The notes beneath the pieces were generated by a model that worked only from the letters and a program-made list of their open reading frames with translations, searched no databases and was not told the DNA's origin. This document shows positions 8,614 to 17,814 of a stretch of DNA of 44,136 nucleotides, one piece after another. This stretch comes from Eubacterium sp. (GTDB taxonomy: Bacteria > Bacillota > Clostridia > Oscillospirales > Acutalibacteraceae): assembly GCA_051881215.1 (NCBI GenBank), contig JBJEPL010000154.1:1-44136 (forward strand), read 5' to 3'. A program made the translations under genes and the position numbers. The first letter of the stretch is position 1. Every line of letters starts with the position of its first letter.

Positions 8614-8633
8614 ATTTCTATGGAATTAACTGC

Positions 8634-9638
8634 TTATTTTGCGAGGTAAAGAGCCGATGTGTTTATAGTTGTGTTATCAACATACCAGCTGTTGCCGATT
8701 TGAACAACATATACCTCCTGCGATGTAACAACAGTACCGTTTTCAAGCGTTACTTCAACAACGCATCTGTCAACTGCCGAAATATCACTGCAGGTTAAAT
8801 TCTCATAAGCTCCGATGAAATCGGATTTTGTATTTATATTTTCTGTTTTTGTGAAGAAGAGAACCTTTTTCTCCTTTGAAGTATCTTCAAGCTTGAATTC
8901 ATCAGCCCTTTGGATACCGAGGTCTTTCATAGGAGAAATTGCCTCATTGTATTTTTCAACATATGCCGTAACCTCGTCCTCTGAAAGAGGGGTGCACTGT
9001 GTAACGGTTGATGTGAGCTTGTAATCCTCTCCGTACATTTCCTGATACTTACCGATGGTTTTTTCCTGAAGAACGGTTTTGCCGTCCTGAGCTATCTCTT
9101 CCTCTGTACCGGTCAGCGAAGCTCCGTATGAAGCAACATTAGCCTCAAAAGCGCCGAACATAAAATCTCTGTCTATGTAATCGTCGCCGTAAACATCCTT
9201 TCTCAATTGAGCAAGCTTTGCAAAATAATTTGTGTAAACGGAGTCGTAATCATCAAGGCCGTATGTATCAAGAAGCTCAAGATAATAATCATACATTGTT
9301 GAATAAACAGTGTTAAGTGCAGCAGCCTCTTCATCAGAGCCGGTACCTACGAAATCAGCCTGTTTTACATCATCACCGTCGTTAACATAAGGAAGAATAT
9401 AAGCGTCATAAACAAAATCGCCGTATTTTGCATTCTTTGATACGAGAGTGTTTTTATATGCGTTGTATCCGTCGCCTGTCTGAACGATTGTGTCAACATA
9501 TGTTTGAGCAACCTTTTCCGGAGAAAATGCAGTATATCTTGTTGTAAAAGCAAATATTGTTATAAGGACTAATGCCACCGCAACAACGATTCCGGCAACT
9601 ACAGCATAAAGCCCTGATTTAAATTCTTTTTTTGCCAT
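8634..9638 (-). CDS. Hypothetical membrane-anchored extracellular protein, possibly NTF2-like fold
   Basis: Single N-terminal TM helix, SPEKVAQTYV start helix, C-terminal VYVVQIGNSWYV strand. Lies 14 nt downstream of the MFS gene with RBS GGAGGGAG. Confidence 0.75.
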   Translation of the reverse strand: MAKKEFKSGLYAVVAGIVVAVALVLITIFAFTTRYTAFSPEKVAQTYVDTIVQTGDGYNAYKNTLVSKNAKYGDFVYDAYILPYVNDGDDVKQADFVGTGSDEEAAALNTVYSTMYDYYLELLDTYGLDDYDSVYTNYFAKLAQLRKDVYGDDYIDRDFMFGAFEANVASYGASLTGTEEEIAQDGKTVLQEKTIGKYQEMYGEDYKLTSTVTQCTPLSEDEVTAYVEKYNEAISPMKDLGIQRADEFKLEDTSKEKKVLFFTKTENINTKSDFIGAYENLTCSDISAVDRCVVEVTLENGTVVTSQEVYVVQIGNSWYVDNTTINTSALYLAK

Positions 9639-9652
9639 AATCTGCTCCCTCC

Positions 9653-11167
9653 TTACTCTGCAATTGCGTCAGGCTCTTCGCCGGCTTCGGCAGCCTGAGC
9701 AGCTCTCTTTTCAGCAAGAGCAGCGGTGATTTTTTCTTTCTTTTCGCCAACCATATCGTAGAACAGAATAGGAACACCCTGTAAAATTACGAAGATGGCA
9801 GGAATAATTGTATAAATCGCAAGGAACTTTGAAAGTGTTGCGTCTGTCTGTGCGGCATATGCAACATTAGGATCCTGCGAGAAACGGTAGCCCGACCATG
9901 TGTAAACAAGGAAAGGACCGAGATATTTTGTAAATGCCGATGCAATTTTTGAGAAAAGACCGTAGCCTGCGTAAGCAAGACCCTCCTGCCTTTTTCCTGT
10001 TTTGTATTCCATTTCGTCAACGCAGTCCGCAATCATAATGTTAGGAGTAACATTTGTGTTGCCGTGCTGAAGTCCGCAGAAGAAGTTGAGGATAAGGAAC
10101 GGAATAACAAGATTTGAATTGAAGCCTACAACCTTTGATACTATAAACAAAATTGCAAGCGAGGACGCACCGTAAATACAGAAAACAATAAATGTTTTCT
10201 TTGTTGAAAACTTCTTGAGAACAGCCTTAACAAGAAGCATACCTACGGCGGTGCCTATGCCCATAGGAAGCATAAGAGCAAGCTTTAAGCCCTTTGAGCC
10301 TAAAAGATAAATTGCTATGTAAAGCGAAACGGTGCCGTATACGCCTCTGCCGAAGCCTGCAAGCTTGGTAAGAGAAACCATAAGCAGGTTCTTGTTTGTA
10401 AATACAAGCTTGATTGATTCTGCAAGTGAAACCTTTTCTGTTGTGTAAGGTACTCTTTCCTTGTTGTTGGCAAAGAAAATCATTACAAAAATTACCATGC
10501 CCAAAGCGCAGATAGCGGTTGAAACAATAAGGTCAAGTCCCTGACCCTCGGCATTCTTAAACTGCTGGCTTCCCATAAGTAATTTCATAACTGCGCCGAC
10601 AACTATAATAACTACCTGACCGCCTGACTGACCTACCGAACGCAGGAAGGAAGCGATTGAAATAGCGTCACCTCTCTCGCTCGGATTAGGCGAGCAAAGC
10701 GCACCAAAGCAGTTTGCCGGTGATTCAACAGCGCAGGAAACAGCTGTATAAAGCGAATAGATAATAAACATCCATACCGATGCAATACCAAGGCTTGTGG
10801 TATTAGGTGCAACAAAAACGAGCAATGATATAATCGCAAGCGGAATTGCACCGAAGCCTATCCAAGGCTTAACCTTACCGAGCTTTGTTTTGGTTCTGTC
10901 AACAAGAATACCGATAATCAGCTCGCATATCGCACCGACGAAGCCTGCAACACCAAATACAAGCGAAACGGTATTTGCAAACGAGGCAGCGTCAAAGCCT
11001 TTACCCTTAAAAGCGAAGTCAGCAAAGAATGTTGTGGTATAGTCCGGCATCCAGCCTGTAAGAAGAGCAACGCCGAACAAGCCGATACCGAAGGTAACAA
11101 TCTCTGATGGCTTCATGTACTTTTTTTCCGCCGTCGCTGTATCGGCAGCGGACTTTGTTTTTGCCAT
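9653..11167 (-). CDS. MFS transporter, glycoside-pentoside-hexuronide (GPH/MelB-like) family
   Basis: About 12 hydrophobic segments, DRTKTKLGKVKPW loop, NKERV, MIADCVDEMEYKTGKRQEG. Confidence 0.92.
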   Translation of the reverse strand: MAKTKSAADTATAEKKYMKPSEIVTFGIGLFGVALLTGWMPDYTTTFFADFAFKGKGFDAASFANTVSLVFGVAGFVGAICELIIGILVDRTKTKLGKVKPWIGFGAIPLAIISLLVFVAPNTTSLGIASVWMFIIYSLYTAVSCAVESPANCFGALCSPNPSERGDAISIASFLRSVGQSGGQVVIIVVGAVMKLLMGSQQFKNAEGQGLDLIVSTAICALGMVIFVMIFFANNKERVPYTTEKVSLAESIKLVFTNKNLLMVSLTKLAGFGRGVYGTVSLYIAIYLLGSKGLKLALMLPMGIGTAVGMLLVKAVLKKFSTKKTFIVFCIYGASSLAILFIVSKVVGFNSNLVIPFLILNFFCGLQHGNTNVTPNIMIADCVDEMEYKTGKRQEGLAYAGYGLFSKIASAFTKYLGPFLVYTWSGYRFSQDPNVAYAAQTDATLSKFLAIYTIIPAIFVILQGVPILFYDMVGEKKEKITAALAEKRAAQAAEAGEEPDAIAE

Positions 11168-11203
11168 AGAAGAAACCTCTTTTCTAAAAATATTATTATA
11201 ATC

Positions 11204-11238
11204 AAAGATATTATAACACTATCTTTATAATAACTCAA
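11204..11238 (-). promoter_or_regulatory. Promoter of the GPH transporter operon
   Basis: TTGAGT-N17-TATAAT with extended TG on the minus strand. The inverted repeat AAAGATA-N9-TATCTTT (11204-11226) overlaps the -10. Confidence 0.55.
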
Positions 11239-11360
11239 TATCTTTTTTAACATTTATTTAACTTGAAATTAACATATTATAAGGCTTTAATTTCATTGCC
11301 GGAAAAAGCACTGCCTTTGGTACACCCTGCATAAAGAATGTCGGTTATTAATTGATTGTG

Positions 11361-11389
11361 TTTACAAAAAAATTCAGTTATGATATTAT
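11361..11389 (+). promoter_or_regulatory. Promoter of the GH120-GH29 operon
   Basis: TTTACA-N17-TATTAT with extended TG. Confidence 0.55.
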
Positions 11390-11431
11390 AATTCGGAGCT
11401 ATTCTAAAGTATCATTACGGAGGATTTCTCT

Positions 11432-13336
11432 ATGATTTATTATGTATCGCAGAAAAACACATCACCCGGCAACGGCACAAAGGATAATCCGTTTAGCACA
11501 ATCGGTCAGGCAGCGGATATTGCCTGTTCGGGCGATATGGTTGTTATCGGCGACGGTATTTACCGTGAATGGGTAAATCCGAAAAACGGCGGAAGTTGCG
11601 AAAACGAGAGAATTACATATATAAATGACGACGGCGCACACCCGATTATCAGCGCGGCAGAGGTGATTGGCGGCTGGAAATTATTTAAAAACAATGTGTG
11701 GTATACGCAGATCGAAAACACGCTGTTCGGTGAATATAATCCGTATGCAGATGAGATTTTCGGTGATTGGTATAACAGTATGGGGCAGACGCATCATACG
11801 GGTGAATTGTTTTTTAACGGCAGTGCTATGTTCGAGTCGGCGTCGCTTGACGAGCTTTTAAAAAATCCGAAAATAAAAGAACGAAGGCTTCGTTGGTTTT
11901 CTTCCGTAAATGACGATAAAACCGTGTTTTACGGGGATTTCGGCGGAGAAAATCCTAATGAACACTGTACCGAAATCAGCGTGCGGCAATACTGCTTTTT
12001 CCCCGAAAAAGAGGGAATTAATTTTATTACCGTATCAGGCATTACAATGTGCCGTGCGGCAACGCAATGGGCTCCGCCTACTGCATTTCAGCCGGCTGTT
12101 ATAGGTCCTAATTGGAGCAAGGGCTGGATAATTGAAAGCTGTAAAATTTATGATTCAAAATGCTGCGGAATAAGCCTCGGAAAAAAACGAGAGGATAAAG
12201 ATAACTGCTGGTCAAAAAATCCTGCAAAGGGCGGAACGCAGACATATACGGAAATCGTTTTTTCAAATATAAATAACGGCTGGAGTAAGGAGAATATAGG
12301 AGGGCATATTGTCCGCAATAACGAGATTTATAACTGCGGTCAGACAGGTATAGTCGGATGTATGGGCGGTGCGTTTTCGGATATTTATGCAAATCATATT
12401 CATCATATTAATATCCGTCATGAATTTACGGGTGCCGAAACAGCGGGGATTAAGCTTCACGCGGCGATAGATACCGTTATCGAAAGGAACATTATTCACG
12501 ACTGCAACAGGGGTATCTGGCTTGATTGGGAAGCGCAGGGCGCGGTTGTAAGAAAAAATGCTCTGTTTTGCAATGATGATGACGAGGATTTGTTCATCGA
12601 GGTCTGCCACGGTCCCTGCATTGTTGAAAATAACCTTTTGCTTTCAAGACGAAGCTTTTTGAATGTGTCACAGGGTACGGCGTTGATTCATAATCTTTTT
12701 GCAGGAAAAATACAAATTCTTCATGACACAAACCGCTTCACAATGTATCATATTGGTCACTCAACTATGGTAGGCGGAGTTATGCTCATCTACGGCGGAG
12801 ATGACCGTATTATGAATAATATTTTCATAGGAAACGGTAAAGGCAGTCGGCTTTTAAAGAATGTTGTTACAAAATTCAGCATTAAAAAGAATAACTGCAC
12901 ATACGGAACAGCCTGCTACGAGGGCTACAGCTATAATACGCAAAATAAGGATTTAAAGAATGATACTCCGGCGGCCGATATCGGAAAAACGCTTCCGGTA
13001 ACAGCCTGCAATAACATTTATTTAAACGGAGCGAAAAGCTGGTCACACGAAAAAAATCCGCGTGTTGTTACAGGCCTTGAAGCACGAATCAAAGTTTCAC
13101 AGGAAAACGGGCACTATTATCTTTATTCAAATCTCGGCGATATTCTTTCCGACGGCTTTACAGCCGGCAGGGTCGGAACCGATAAACTCGGGTTTGCTTT
13201 TGAGTCCGAACAGCCTTATGAAAACCGTGACGGCTCACCTTTTTCCTCGGACAGCGATTTTACGGGAAATCCGAGGGGCGAAGAAGTTAAAATCGGTCCT
13301 TTTGAAAAGCTTGAAAGTAAAATATTGCTTGTGTAG
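11432..13336 (+). CDS. Glycoside hydrolase family 120 beta-xylosidase (right-handed beta-helix), cytoplasmic
   Basis: XylC-like motifs GIYREWVNP, NPYADEIFGDW, WAPPTA, IGPNWSKGWIIE, AGIKLHAAID, catalytic WLDWEAQG and FIEVCHGP, YGGDDR. No signal peptide. Confidence 0.88.
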   Translation: MIYYVSQKNTSPGNGTKDNPFSTIGQAADIACSGDMVVIGDGIYREWVNPKNGGSCENERITYINDDGAHPIISAAEVIGGWKLFKNNVWYTQIENTLFGEYNPYADEIFGDWYNSMGQTHHTGELFFNGSAMFESASLDELLKNPKIKERRLRWFSSVNDDKTVFYGDFGGENPNEHCTEISVRQYCFFPEKEGINFITVSGITMCRAATQWAPPTAFQPAVIGPNWSKGWIIESCKIYDSKCCGISLGKKREDKDNCWSKNPAKGGTQTYTEIVFSNINNGWSKENIGGHIVRNNEIYNCGQTGIVGCMGGAFSDIYANHIHHINIRHEFTGAETAGIKLHAAIDTVIERNIIHDCNRGIWLDWEAQGAVVRKNALFCNDDDEDLFIEVCHGPCIVENNLLLSRRSFLNVSQGTALIHNLFAGKIQILHDTNRFTMYHIGHSTMVGGVMLIYGGDDRIMNNIFIGNGKGSRLLKNVVTKFSIKKNNCTYGTACYEGYSYNTQNKDLKNDTPAADIGKTLPVTACNNIYLNGAKSWSHEKNPRVVTGLEARIKVSQENGHYYLYSNLGDILSDGFTAGRVGTDKLGFAFESEQPYENRDGSPFSSDSDFTGNPRGEEVKIGPFEKLESKILLV

Positions 13337-13364
13337 TAAGAAATAAATATAAGTGAGAGAAAAA

Positions 13365-14717
13365 ATGGAAATAGGAAAGTTTAATGAATTATACAATCAT
13401 TCTTACAGCGAAGAACGCAGATATGTTGCACCCAAAGAGCCGGAGGTTTTAGAATCACTTGAACGCTTTCGTGACAGAAAATTCGGTATAATGTTTCATT
13501 GGGGAGCATATTCTCAATGGGGTATTGTTGAATCCTGGGCACTTCCGGACGCTGACCATAGCTGGGCATGGGACGATGTTGACAAGGATTTGACAGGCGA
13601 GCAGTTTAAGCAGGAATATTGGGATTTAATTAAAACCTTTAATCCCGTTCGTTTTCGTCCTAAAGAATGGGCAAAAACAGCAAAGGACGCAGGCTTTAAA
13701 TATGTCTTGTTCACAACGAAGCACCACGACGGCTTTTGTATGTGGGATACGAAATATTCGGACTATAAAATCACTTCTCCTGAATGTCCCTTCAGTAAAA
13801 ATCCCAATGCCGATATATGTAAGCACCTTTTTGACGCCTTTCGCGATGAGGGACTTAAGGTTCACGCGTATTTTTCAAAGCCCGATTGGCACAGCGAATA
13901 CTATTGGGCAAAGGGCTTTTCAAAGAATGAGTATATGACGAGAAATCCAAGCTATAAAACATATATGCACCCGAAGCTCTGGAACAAATTCTGCGAATAC
14001 ACAAAAAATCAAATGCTTGAGCTTGTTGAGAATTACGGCAGAATTGAGTGCCTTTGGCTTGACGGCGGTCAGGTTAATCCGATGAATATGCAGAATATTC
14101 ATTTGAGCAAAATTATGAAGCAAGCGCGAAAGATTCAGCCGTGGCTTATGGTGGCTGACCGAACCGTAGGCGGAAGAAACGAGAATTTTATAACACCGGA
14201 GCAGACTGTTCCCGACCATCCCATAAGGGTTCCGTGGGAAAGCTGTGTAACTCTCGGCACAAGCTTTTCATTCAAATATGACGATGATTATAAAGATGCA
14301 AAAACCGTTATCCACCTGCTTTGCGACATTGTGGCAAAGGGCGGAAATCTTGCTTTGAATATCGGACCCCGTCCCGACGGCAGACTGCCTCACAAGGTTT
14401 ATCCTATTTTGGCAGATATAGGAGCGTGGCTTAAGAAGAACGGGTTTGCAATATATGAAACCCGCCCTGCGGCGCCTTACAGAAAAGATAATTTTGCCTA
14501 TACCGCAAAGAATGACGAGGTATATGCAATTTATCTGCCCGATGATGAGAATAATATTTTGCCAAATGAGTTGACGCTGTATTCAAACGAAAAGGTCAGC
14601 AAGGTAACATTCAATTCAAACGATATTGAGTTTACACAGCACGGCAATTGGGTCAGCGTAAAAGCTCCTCCCCATTATGAAAAAGAGTGTGCATATGTTT
14701 TTACAATGCACAAGTAA
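13365..14717 (+). CDS. Alpha-L-fucosidase (GH29), cytoplasmic
   Basis: FGIMFHWGAYS, FNPVRFRPKEWA, TTKHHDGFCMWDT, nucleophile region LWLDGG, PWESC, GGNLALNIGP. The start could alternatively be GTG 13353. Confidence 0.92.
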   Translation: MEIGKFNELYNHSYSEERRYVAPKEPEVLESLERFRDRKFGIMFHWGAYSQWGIVESWALPDADHSWAWDDVDKDLTGEQFKQEYWDLIKTFNPVRFRPKEWAKTAKDAGFKYVLFTTKHHDGFCMWDTKYSDYKITSPECPFSKNPNADICKHLFDAFRDEGLKVHAYFSKPDWHSEYYWAKGFSKNEYMTRNPSYKTYMHPKLWNKFCEYTKNQMLELVENYGRIECLWLDGGQVNPMNMQNIHLSKIMKQARKIQPWLMVADRTVGGRNENFITPEQTVPDHPIRVPWESCVTLGTSFSFKYDDDYKDAKTVIHLLCDIVAKGGNLALNIGPRPDGRLPHKVYPILADIGAWLKKNGFAIYETRPAAPYRKDNFAYTAKNDEVYAIYLPDDENNILPNELTLYSNEKVSKVTFNSNDIEFTQHGNWVSVKAPPHYEKECAYVFTMHK

Positions 14718-14740
14718 TTTACATAAATAAGACAGAAGAT

Positions 14741-14778
14741 AAAAGCAAGGCACCCTACAAAAGAGTGCCTTGCTTTTT
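14741..14778. terminator. Bidirectional terminator
   Basis: AAAAGCAAGGCAC...GTGCCTTGCTTTT between convergent genes. Confidence 0.8.
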
Positions 14779-14816
14779 ATAGCATTTATTTCAAAGCTGT
14801 CATCATTCATTTAGAT

Positions 14817-15575
14817 TCATATATTGTTTAACAGCCATCTTGCAACGCCGTCGCTGTCATTATCGGCACAAACAAAATCAGCTGCACTCTTGACCTCGTC
14901 AAGTGCGTTTTCAACTGCAACGCCGATACCGCAGGCCTTGAGCATATCAATATCATTATAATCATCTCCGAACGCAACCGTATTTTTTATTGATATGCCG
15001 TAATGCCGTGCAAGCAGTTTAACTCCGTTTGATTTAGTTGCCTGCTTATTCATTATCATAGCGATTGTATTTTCCGACAGCTGAATATATAAATCATCGG
15101 TGATGTATTTCTTAAATGCGTTCATTTCTTCAACGCAATGCGCTTCAAGTATTATTTTATCGGCAACAGTATTTTCAAGCTCGTGAAAGTCAACTGTTTT
15201 TATGTATTCAACACCCTGCCAGATATTCTCTGCATTAAAGTTGGCATAAAGCATATCGTTTGCTTCAACAGAGATTTTAAGATTCGGAAAATCCTTTGAA
15301 ATTAAATTTACGGTTTTCAGAGGATTTTGTATTCCCATATCGGAAATTATATTATTACCCACACGAACTACCGCGCCGTTATGATGCACTGCGGCGTCGT
15401 AATCTAAAAAAGGCAAAAACCTTTTAACCGACCGAATCGGACGGGCTGTTGCAAGAACAAAAATAACTCCGCTTTTTTTCAACTCATTTATTGTGTTTTT
15501 TGTTAAATCCGAAATACTTTTGTCCGTTCTTAACAAAGTTCCGTCTAAATCCGTCACTATCATTTCAGGCTTCAT
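14817..15575 (-). CDS. Cof-type HAD-IIB family hydrolase
   Basis: TDLDGTLL, LATARP, HNGA, ATKSNG, AFGDDYNDIDML. RBS AGGAGGT. Confidence 0.92.
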   Translation of the reverse strand: MKPEMIVTDLDGTLLRTDKSISDLTKNTINELKKSGVIFVLATARPIRSVKRFLPFLDYDAAVHHNGAVVRVGNNIISDMGIQNPLKTVNLISKDFPNLKISVEANDMLYANFNAENIWQGVEYIKTVDFHELENTVADKIILEAHCVEEMNAFKKYITDDLYIQLSENTIAMIMNKQATKSNGVKLLARHYGISIKNTVAFGDDYNDIDMLKACGIGVAVENALDEVKSAADFVCADNDSDGVARWLLNNI

Positions 15576-15611
15576 ATAACCACCTCCTGCCGATTAACAA
15601 TAAAAGGTTAC

Positions 15612-15638
15612 AAAAAACGCTCCTGAAAACAGGAGCGT
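15612..15638 (-). terminator. Intrinsic terminator after rpsI
   Basis: ACGCTCCTG-N4-CAGGAGCGT followed by a U-run on the minus strand. Confidence 0.8.
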
Positions 15639-15651
15639 AATTTTTGCAATA

Positions 15652-16050
15652 TTATCTCTTTGAGAACTGAGGTGCGCGACGGGCTTTTTTGAGACCCGGC
15701 TTCTTTCTTTCCTTCATACGAGGATCACGGGTAAGGAAGCCTGCCTTTTTAAGAGCAGGGCGAAGAGCCTCGTCATACTGAAGAAGAGCTCTTGCAATAC
15801 CGTGGCGGATTGCACCTGCCTGACCTGTTACGCCGCCGCCGTTTACGCGGCAAACGATATCAAACTTCTCGGTTGTTTCTGTAAGGTTAAGAGGCTGACG
15901 AACGATGAGCTTGAGTGTTTCAAGACCGAAGTAATCGTCAATATCTCTGTCATTAATTGTAATTTTGCCGGTACCTGCATAAACGCGTACACGAGCAACA
16001 GACTCTTTTCTTCTACCTGTACCGTAGAAATAAGGATTTGTTTCGTACAT
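15652..16050 (-). CDS. rpsI: 30S ribosomal protein S9
   Basis: [58 protein letters not shown]. Confidence 0.99.
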   Translation of the reverse strand: MYETNPYFYGTGRRKESVARVRVYAGTGKITINDRDIDDYFGLETLKLIVRQPLNLTETTEKFDIVCRVNGGGVTGQAGAIRHGIARALLQYDEALRPALKKAGFLTRDPRMKERKKPGLKKARRAPQFSKR

Positions 16051-16066
16051 AATTCAGATACCTCCC

Positions 16067-16495
16067 TTACATTTCCCAAGCTTCAGGCTTTTGAGCCTCG
16101 TGCTTGTGTGTATCGCCCTTATAAATGTGGCATCTTGTAAGCTGCTTTCTGCCGAGAGTGGTATCAGGAATCATACCCTTAACAGCAAGCTTCATAGCAA
16201 AGTCGCTCTTTTCATTCATAAGTGTGCTGTATTTAACTTCCTTGAGGTTACCGATGTAACCGGTGTGATGCTGATAAAGCTTCTTGTTGAGCTTATCGCC
16301 TGTAAGAACAGCCTTATCTGTGTTAATGATAATAACGAAATCTCCGCAATCAACATGAGGTGTGAAAATCGGCTTATGCTTTCCTCTGAGAAGAACAGCA
16401 GCTTCTGCAGCAACTCGTCCGAGAGGCTTGTCAGCAGCGTCAATAACATACCACTTGCGTTCGATATCGTCAGCTTTTGGCATAAATGTTGACAT
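16067..16495 (-). CDS. rplM: 50S ribosomal protein L13
   Basis: RKWYVIDA, LRGKHKPIFTPHVDCGDFV, HHTGYIG, AVKGMIP, HEAQKP. Start corrected to ATG 16495 behind GGAGG. Confidence 0.98.
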   Translation of the reverse strand: MSTFMPKADDIERKWYVIDAADKPLGRVAAEAAVLLRGKHKPIFTPHVDCGDFVIIINTDKAVLTGDKLNKKLYQHHTGYIGNLKEVKYSTLMNEKSDFAMKLAVKGMIPDTTLGRKQLTRCHIYKGDTHKHEAQKPEAWEM

Positions 16496-16547
16496 AATCA
16501 ATATCCTCCGTTTAATTATTAAAAGTCGTTTTCCTTTTTGCCGGAAT

Positions 16548-16576
16548 ATAATAACATAGGCGACCCTGTCAGTCAA
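16548..16576 (-). promoter_or_regulatory. rplM-rpsI promoter
   Basis: TTGACT-N17-TATTAT with extended TG. Confidence 0.7.
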
Positions 16577-16688
16577 GAGAATTTTTCAAATAATTTTATT
16601 TTTATGGGTGCTTTCTCTTTTTATCTCTCGTTTTCTCGTTTTTTCATATAAATATCTCATTTAAAATTTATAAGAACGGAGGCAAATT

Positions 16689-16889
16689 ATGGACGGATGC
16701 TCAATGAATTTAACTGTTTCTGCGCTTGCCTGCGCCATTGCCAAGGGAAAAACAAGCAAGGAGCTTTCGCTTCTTTCGGCATTTTTTACCCAGCTCGGTG
16801 ATTCGCTTGCCACTATTGAAGCAGGGAATGCTCTTTGCTGTGAAACAGATAATTTGGATAATAATGATAATAATATAAATATAACTTGA
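16689..16889 (+). CDS. Small conserved clostridial protein, DUF6774-like
   Basis: Strong RBS GGAGG. The motif ALACAIAxG...ELSLLSAFFTQLGDSLATI is one I recognise from this family. Confidence 0.75.
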   Translation: MDGCSMNLTVSALACAIAKGKTSKELSLLSAFFTQLGDSLATIEAGNALCCETDNLDNNDNNINIT

Positions 16890-16914
16890 ATTCCTACTAT
16901 TTAGGTAGTATAAT
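16886..16914 (+). promoter_or_regulatory. metF operon promoter with candidate Rrf2 operator in the spacer
   Basis: TTGAAT-N17-TATAAT. The imperfect palindrome CCTAC-N7-GTAGT (16893-16909) lies between the boxes. Confidence 0.6.
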
Positions 16915-16947
16915 AACCTATATTGTTAGAATACAGGTGATAATATT

Positions 16948-17814
16948 ATGAAAATAAGTAAAATATTAAAGGATAAGAAGGTTACAATATCATTTGAGGT
17001 TTTTCCTCCGAAGGAGTGGGCAAAGCTTGCCGACACAAAGGCTGTTATCAGCGAAATGGTTAAGGATAAGCCGTCGTTTATGAGCGTCACCTACGGCGCG
17101 GCAGGAACAACAAGCGGATATACAACCGAAATAGCAAACGCAATTTCACAAGGCGGTGTATGCCCTCTTTCGCATTTGACCTGTCTTACCTCCACAAAGG
17201 AAAAAATCGACTCTGTTCTTGATGAGCTCAATGAAAACGGTATTGAAAATATACTCGCTTTAAGAGGGGATATTCCGAAGGATTTTGTTTTTTCTGAAAA
17301 TCAGTATTTTCATCATGCGTATGAGCTTGTAAATCAAATTAAGGCAAAGGGCGATTTTTGTATCGGCGGCGCCTGCTATCCCGAAACGCATCCCGAATCA
17401 GCCAACAGGGTAGAGGATATTGAGTATCTTAAAAACAAGGTTGACTGCGGTATTGACTTTTTAACAAGCCAGATGTTTTTTGATAACGAGGCATTTTTCA
17501 ATTTCCGTGAAATGTGTGCAATAAAGGGAATTAATGTTCCGATTATTGCAGGAATAATGCCGATTACGAATGCAAATCAGATTAAAAAGAGCGCAGAGCT
17601 TTCCAACTGCTCTCTGCCTAAAAAATTTATGAAAATAATGGAGCGCTTCGGTGATGACCCCAACGCTATGAAGCAGGCGGGAATTATCTACGCTACAGAG
17701 CAGATTATCGACCTTATGGCAAACGAAGTGAATAATATTCATATATACACAATGAATAAGCCTGATGTTGCACATAAGATTATGGAAGGGTTGTCATCAA
17801 TTATCAATGAATAA
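16948..17814 (+). CDS. metF: 5,10-methylenetetrahydrofolate reductase
   Basis: SFEVFPPK, SVTYGAAG, HLTC, NILALRGD, ACYPETH, SQMFFDN, GIMPI, HIYTMNK. Confidence 0.96.
   Translation: MKISKILKDKKVTISFEVFPPKEWAKLADTKAVISEMVKDKPSFMSVTYGAAGTTSGYTTEIANAISQGGVCPLSHLTCLTSTKEKIDSVLDELNENGIENILALRGDIPKDFVFSENQYFHHAYELVNQIKAKGDFCIGGACYPETHPESANRVEDIEYLKNKVDCGIDFLTSQMFFDNEAFFNFREMCAIKGINVPIIAGIMPITNANQIKKSAELSNCSLPKKFMKIMERFGDDPNAMKQAGIIYATEQIIDLMANEVNNIHIYTMNKPDVAHKIMEGLSSIINE

Noticed and set aside
16496-16576. N-terminal extension of L13 in the ORF track, and similar extensions for the HAD, activation-domain, ApgM and TetR ORFs
   Set aside because: Downstream ATGs match family N-termini and have an RBS or overlap the upstream stop. 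The L13 extension runs through its own promoter.
16848-16886. Asn-rich AAT low-complexity tail of the small DUF6774-like ORF as a phase-variable tract
   Set aside because: It is an imperfect in-frame trinucleotide run at a protein end, so slippage would not shift the frame.
16890-16947. SAM riboswitch or T-box upstream of metF
   Set aside because: There is no space for one and no conserved motifs.
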